This document shows, in pieces, positions 60,301 through 64,000 of a DNA stretch of 64,000 bases. Where the stretch lies: NCBI GenBank assembly GCA_000092065.1, contig CP000587.1. One strand, 5' to 3'. Numbering within the stretch: the stretch's first letter is position 1; each line of letters begins with the position of its first letter. Origin of the DNA: Ostreococcus lucimarinus (Eukaryota). The notes under the pieces were generated by a model. That model searched no databases. It was given only the letters and a program-made list of their open reading frames with translations, and was not told the DNA's origin. Both the position numbers and the translations under genes were made by a program.

Positions 60301-60393
60301 CTCGTCGCGACGCGCGACGTCGTCGTCGTCGTCCGACGATCCAATCTCGGGGCCGACGTAGTTTCCGAACTCATCGTACAGGTTCGCGTCCAT
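57349..60393 (-). CDS. EFTUD2: U5 snRNP 116-kDa GTPase (Snu114/EFTUD2)
   Basis: Acidic N-terminus MDANLYDEFGNYVGPE... (Snu114 MDTDLYDEFGNYIGPE), then an EF-2-like GTPase with G1 AGHLHHGKTT, DTPGHVNF and the EF-2 domain II-V series. The ORF starts at 60471; the homologous Met is at 60393. Confidence 0.85.
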   Translation of the reverse strand: MDANLYDEFGNYVGPEIGSSDDDDDVARRDESRDDRAAAATNAAREDAHDASDASEDDAMDDDDLNASAITLAEDKKYYPTAEEVYGEGTETLVENEDAQALETPIVAPVKVKNIEAAGQRYVGGSVGAQVQSQDAEVAMKVSEEFLVGLHGESRRMGRNVCVAGHLHHGKTTLFDMLLECSHDVNYDWLANDKQLRYTDTRMDEQARGISLKSTPMTLPLQTSRGKTMVFNVMDTPGHVNFSDEVTASMRLADGVLLVVDACEGVMTSTTRQIKHAARDGLPVCVFISKIDRLIVELKLPPADAYHKLRHTIEEINGLIETFYTPDADGALPTVSPENGKVCFGSALYGFSFTLESFAKLYVDVNGVLVDHKEFAKRMWGDVYYHGDTRMFKKKPPPGGGERTFVQFILEPLYKVFSQVVGETIDSVSDKLKEFGIKLKPKETKANTKPLLKMTCQKIFGAASGLADMLAAHIPTAEEGAAMKIERAYSGPVKNGGKLVDAMRACDPDAPAVVMVSKLIPKSDCSAFDALGRVMCGTLRKNDRVRVLGENFSPDDEEDSVVKNVTNMWIYEARYRIPIKEARAGAWVLIEGIDQSITTTATLVPEKMPKGYDDDLYAFKPLEFDNKSVMKIAAEPLNPSDLPKMVEGLRKITKSYPACVTKVEESGEHTIMGTGELFLDSVMKDLREMYSEIEVKVSDPVVCFNETVVETSSLKCYAETPNKKNKLTMIAEPLDKGLARDIETGKVNLSAPKKQVSDFFKSEYEWDALAAKSVWAFGPDAAGPNALLDDTLPSEVDKGLLAAIRDSVVQGFQWGTREGPLCDEPIREVKFKILDAVVADAPLQRGGGQIIPTARRCAYSAFLMATPRLMEPIYEVEIQSPADCMSAIYTVLSKRRGHVVSDAPKPGTPVYTVKALIPAIETFGFETDLRYHTQGQAFGQSYFDHWAVVPGDPLDKTVVLRPLEPAPVPHLAREFMVKTRRRKGMSEDVTVSKFFDDDLLIELAQADTELAGLF

Positions 60394-60668
60394 CGCGTCC
60401 AAGTTCGCGGGCGCGCCGCGCGCGCGTGTGACGACGCGCGGAAAGTCGCGCAATTCGCGACGACGGTGCAAACCCCCGCGGCGCCGCGGCGCGGCGCGGC
60501 CGCGGTTCGACGCGGCGAGCGGTGGGGAAGCCGGTCGGTGAAGACGACGTGAAACGCTAATAAACTTGAATGAACGTATTACACAAAGTTTGCTCGCGCG
60601 ATCGCGCGGGCGCGCGAAGGCGACGAACGTCGCGAGTGACCATCGAGCGGCGGCGCGGCGCGGCGATT

Positions 60669-62597
60669 TTACGCGCCGACTGGCTCTTCTCTTGGTTCAA
60701 GATTGATCCAAACACCTTCCGGGAAGCAGATGGTGGTATCGTACATGATGTTTAATTCTTCACCGAGCTTGTCGCGACCGGGTCCAGCTTTGGAAAGCTT
60801 GAACTTTTGAACCGTGCTGGCGAGCATGGTGGTCGCGGCGAGCAAGGCGAAGACGCCGCCGATGCAAGATCGCGGTCCAGCACCGAACGGGGTGTACGTA
60901 AAGTCGCGACCAGCAGTCATGCGGCGGCGCATGCGCTCGCGCGCTTGCTCGAGCTTCGCGGGATCACCTTTGGCGACCGCGGATGCTTGCTTCTCCGCCT
61001 GCGCGTAGAGCGCCTCGTCGGTGAAGCGGTCGGGATCAAACTTTTCAGGATTCTCCCAAACTCTCGGGTTTCGCCCCATGGCGTACGTGGATAATAAAAT
61101 AAAGTCTCCAGCTTCAACCTTGTGTCCGCTGGGCAGCGTGTCCGCGCCTTCGGCGAGGCGCGGGAACAAGTTGATCGGGGCGTATTTGCGAAGCGATTCC
61201 TTCACAACTCGCTGCGTGTAAGGTAATCGGCCATCTTGCACATCCTTAAATGTCGGCGGTCGACCACCGAGCGCCTCTAACTCCTCTTCGATGCCACGCT
61301 GAATGTGTTCGTACCTCGCCACGTGCCAGAGGTTCACGGTAAAGTTGGACGCCGTCGTCCTGTGACCCGCCGCCATGATGTCGTTGATATCCCCCCATAA
61401 ATCGGCATCCGAAAGAGGATTGCCGTCGGCATCCTTCGCCTTGACCAATACATCTAACAAACAATAATCTTCCTCATCACCTGCCGCTAAGCGCTCCTTA
61501 ACCACCGCTCGGCGCTCGCTCATGAGCTTTGTGCCAACAGACTCCAAAATCGCGTACTGCTCCTTGAGCTCTCGCACTCGACCGAGACCCAAAAAGTTCT
61601 GGAGCTTGAGAATCGGCCCGGGGGTGATGAAGAGCTCGCCCATGATCTCGCTACTACCGTTGTACGCGTTCAAGAGCTTGGAAATATTATCATTTTTGCC
61701 CTCTTCGCCTCGAAGCGTTCTGGCTTCGTGCGCCTCGCACTGCTCAAAGTCGTACGCGAACGCAACCTTGCCGATGACATCGAGCGTAACTTGCTGAGAG
61801 TCGACGTCGATGTTGATTTCCATCGGCTTACCCGGGTTCATCGCCGCCGCCGACGTCCACGTGTTGCACATGTACGCGATGCGCTCCTCCACCGTCGACG
61901 AAAACTGGCTCAGCGAAAACGAGTTGATGAACGGCTTTTGGCACATCAATCTATGATCGCGGTTGTACTGCCCATCGCTCCCAGTGATGCCTTTATTTTG
62001 GATCACGTATCGGAAAGCGTCCGGAAGCATTCGTAATCTGTAGTTTTTCGCATTCGTGAAGCACACGTACTCGACGATTTCCGGGTCCAAAATCGACACG
62101 CAAAACGGCCCGATGGCATTCTTGATCCCCACGCACTCGCCTTTCTCCGCCGCCCAATCGAGCATGGCGATCGGCATCCCCACTGGATGTTGCGCTGCCT
62201 TCACCAACGACTTCAAGAATGACTTACTATCGATCATCGCCGGATTCCCATCCGCGTCTGGCCGCGTCGGCGGCGGTCCCGCGAACCCCAGCGCCTCCTT
62301 CGCCGCCGTGTACGGGCACGCGCCTCCCTCTGTTTCGCCCTCGACCGCGTCTTCACCGCCGACCACAACACTCTCACCGCTCGACGTGGCCGTGGCGACC
62401 TCATCGTCCTCCTCCGCGACGAGCTCCGGCGCGCTCGACGCCCCCGAGCGCGTCCTCGCGAGCGATCGCATCCCGTCCCTCGACGCCCCCGTCCCGCGAA
62501 TCGCCGCGCGCGCGCGCGCATTTCGTAGAAAGCGCGCGTCGGCGCGCGCGCGAGCGCTTCGCGGCGCGTGCGCGCGCATCGTCGCTCCGTGAATCAT
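60669..62597 (-). CDS. Cytochrome P450 (CYP97-like), N-terminal extension consistent with plastid targeting
   Basis: Heme loop is FGAGPRSCIGGVFAL. ExxR is VKESLRKY. PERF-like is DPDRF. The I-helix reads AAGHRTTAS (CYP97 has AGHETT). Confidence 0.75.
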   Translation of the reverse strand: MIHGATMRAHAPRSARARADARFLRNARARAAIRGTGASRDGMRSLARTRSGASSAPELVAEEDDEVATATSSGESVVVGGEDAVEGETEGGACPYTAAKEALGFAGPPPTRPDADGNPAMIDSKSFLKSLVKAAQHPVGMPIAMLDWAAEKGECVGIKNAIGPFCVSILDPEIVEYVCFTNAKNYRLRMLPDAFRYVIQNKGITGSDGQYNRDHRLMCQKPFINSFSLSQFSSTVEERIAYMCNTWTSAAAMNPGKPMEINIDVDSQQVTLDVIGKVAFAYDFEQCEAHEARTLRGEEGKNDNISKLLNAYNGSSEIMGELFITPGPILKLQNFLGLGRVRELKEQYAILESVGTKLMSERRAVVKERLAAGDEEDYCLLDVLVKAKDADGNPLSDADLWGDINDIMAAGHRTTASNFTVNLWHVARYEHIQRGIEEELEALGGRPPTFKDVQDGRLPYTQRVVKESLRKYAPINLFPRLAEGADTLPSGHKVEAGDFILLSTYAMGRNPRVWENPEKFDPDRFTDEALYAQAEKQASAVAKGDPAKLEQARERMRRRMTAGRDFTYTPFGAGPRSCIGGVFALLAATTMLASTVQKFKLSKAGPGRDKLGEELNIMYDTTICFPEGVWINLEPREEPVGA

Positions 62598-62882
62598 CGT
62601 TCAAAGTCGACACGCGCGCGCTGGCAAAGATATGCCTCGTGCGCACGAATGCGACGTTCGCGCGCGCGCGGGTCGCGCGTCGAGGCGTTCGAGCGACGCG
62701 GGCGCGCGAAGGCGCGTTGAGCGAGCGTTTCGCGCGCGCCAACGGGTCGTCGCGCGCGAGACGCGGCGGCTTCTGGCCGCGATACGGCGGCGACAGCGCG
62801 CAACCATATCCACAAAGTTTGGTCTATGCGTAAACAGTGTCAGTATTTAGTGTCGATTTCGTCTATGTAGTGTCCGCCTTCT

Positions 62883-64000
62883 TCACGAACGCGCGCGAAG
62901 CGCGTCGACGCAGAAGGAGACGGGATCGGAAACATCGCTCGGGACCTCGATCGCGAGCGTGTTGACTCGTGCGAGATCGCTGGATGACGCGCGAAACGCG
63001 TCGATGGGGACGACGAACGAGCGCCCGCACTGGGCGTCGATTTCGTAGTCGGACGACGACGACCCCGGATCGAGACGGAATTTTCTGCCGACTTGCGTCT
63101 CGACGGCGGGAGTGAGGACGGTGCCGTTTCGCCATTGCTTTCGCGTGCGGTGACTGAGACCAATGATGAGCGAGACGTCGAAATTGTCCGTGCACGAGAT
63201 GCGAATCCAAACGGAGACGCTCGAGACGTTGGCGAATGGCTTTGCCGATATTTCACAGAGCCAGCAATGAAACGCGACGCGTCCTCGCGGCGAAAATTCG
63301 CCGCAGAGCGCAGACGAAGACTCCATACGCCCGTATCCTTCGCGGTTGATGACAAGCCAGCGATCGCGATACGGCAAAAGTGCCCATCCCGCGCCGAGGC
63401 CACCATCGTAAATCTTCGCTTCGACGCGGGCGCGCGCGCCGAGATCGACGTCTAGACGTCTCGAATCTTCGCCGCACGACACCGGACGAAACTCAATGTT
63501 CATCTTTCCTTGAATGGGGTGCGCAAGCTTTTCGAACGCATAAAACGACAAATCGAAATGAGGTACCGGACCACAGCAGATCTCTTGAGTGCCGTATTCG
63601 TAGTCGCACGGGCAAGTGTCGATGATTTTCACTTTGATGACGAGCGACTCATCCCAGCACCGCACGAACTCGTATTCAGTCGACGTAGCATCATCGCGCT
63701 TCGCCGGGCGCGCTGGAACCTTCCGTCCGTACGAATCGAGAGCGTCGGGATCGACTTCCCAAAAGCCGCGCTCGCGAGAATACTCGATTCGCCCACCGCT
63801 AAAGTCTTTTAGCACGAATCCGGAGACGCATCGTACCTCGAAGCACGACCCACACGCGCCTTCGTGGAGTTTAAGATCGTAATCCGCCACGGCAGCGACG
63901 GCATCGCGCGCGTAAGGTAGGTTCTCGTTGCTTTCTAGTCCCTCTCCTTTGTTGACAAAGCCGCACGCGTTGCCATAGAGGTCGCCAAAAATTTGTTTGG
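62883..64000 (-). CDS. Expansin-like protein (DPBB domain + CBM63), 5' end beyond the window
   Basis: GNACGF...GACGSCFEVRC...IIDTCPC...HFDLSFYAF is the expansin/DPBB signature, followed by a C-terminal beta-sandwich. The reading frame stays open to base 64000, so the N-terminus and signal peptide lie outside the window. Confidence 0.7.
   Translation of the reverse strand, partial: KQIFGDLYGNACGFVNKGEGLESNENLPYARDAVAAVADYDLKLHEGACGSCFEVRCVSGFVLKDFSGGRIEYSRERGFWEVDPDALDSYGRKVPARPAKRDDATSTEYEFVRCWDESLVIKVKIIDTCPCDYEYGTQEICCGPVPHFDLSFYAFEKLAHPIQGKMNIEFRPVSCGEDSRRLDVDLGARARVEAKIYDGGLGAGWALLPYRDRWLVINREGYGRMESSSALCGEFSPRGRVAFHCWLCEISAKPFANVSSVSVWIRISCTDNFDVSLIIGLSHRTRKQWRNGTVLTPAVETQVGRKFRLDPGSSSSDYEIDAQCGRSFVVPIDAFRASSSDLARVNTLAIEVPSDVSDPVSFCVDALRARS

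Noticed and set aside
1-64000. Prokaryote-style features (CRISPR arrays, operons, RBS/terminators, insertion sequences, toxin-antitoxin or defence islands)
   Set aside because: The window is eukaryotic nuclear DNA: telomere repeats, spliceosomal introns and eukaryote-specific genes such as cullin, Snu114, eIF2A and DCAF1. There is no direct-repeat/spacer architecture and no transposase or integrase ORFs.

Overview
This window looks like the left end of a nuclear chromosome from a very gene-dense, GC-rich (~65%) eukaryote. It opens with 28 perfect CCCTAAA units (the C-strand of the plant-type TTTAGGG telomere) at 1-196, and the first gene ends only ~290 bp inside the telomere. I find about 40 protein-coding genes in 64 kb, roughly one per 1.5 kb. 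Most are single-exon; several have short 5' exons and short introns with a recurrent GTGCGT / GTTCGT donor. Several genes are typical of the green lineage (OEP21 chloroplast outer-envelope pore, an RWP-RK/PB1 NIN-like factor, a CYP97-like P450, plastid HisA, an expansin), and together with the GC content, gene density and a selenoprotein this suggests a Mamiellophyceae picoalga such as Micromonas. That taxon call is inference, not proven. Nothing is prokaryotic: no CRISPR, no operons, no mobile elements, and I saw no tRNA or rRNA. The main results are below.
- The six-frame ORF track misses the true 5' ends of at least nine genes because of these introns. I rebuilt spliced models by in-frame homology for RPS5 (with a 21-nt microexon), RPL18A, CUL1, UBE2C, OEP21, ThrRS, a PINX1-like G-patch protein, MDP-1 and a SERF/ZNF706-like protein.
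- A glutathione peroxidase has an in-frame TGA at the catalytic position, so it is probably a selenoprotein.
- A 168-bp inverted duplication copies the 3' end of the telomere-proximal kelch gene to a site 7.6 kb inward.
- There is an LSD1-like amine oxidase with a C-terminal CW zinc finger.
- There is a PRMT9-like tandem methyltransferase.
- There are two Ham1/ITPase paralogues, one apparently degenerate with a long basic tail.
- Intergenic spacers are very short, down to 8 bp.
- Arg/Ala-rich ORFs in every frame of the GC-rich intergenic regions are composition artefacts.
- Splice coordinates were counted from the ORF-track anchors and could be off by a few nt.
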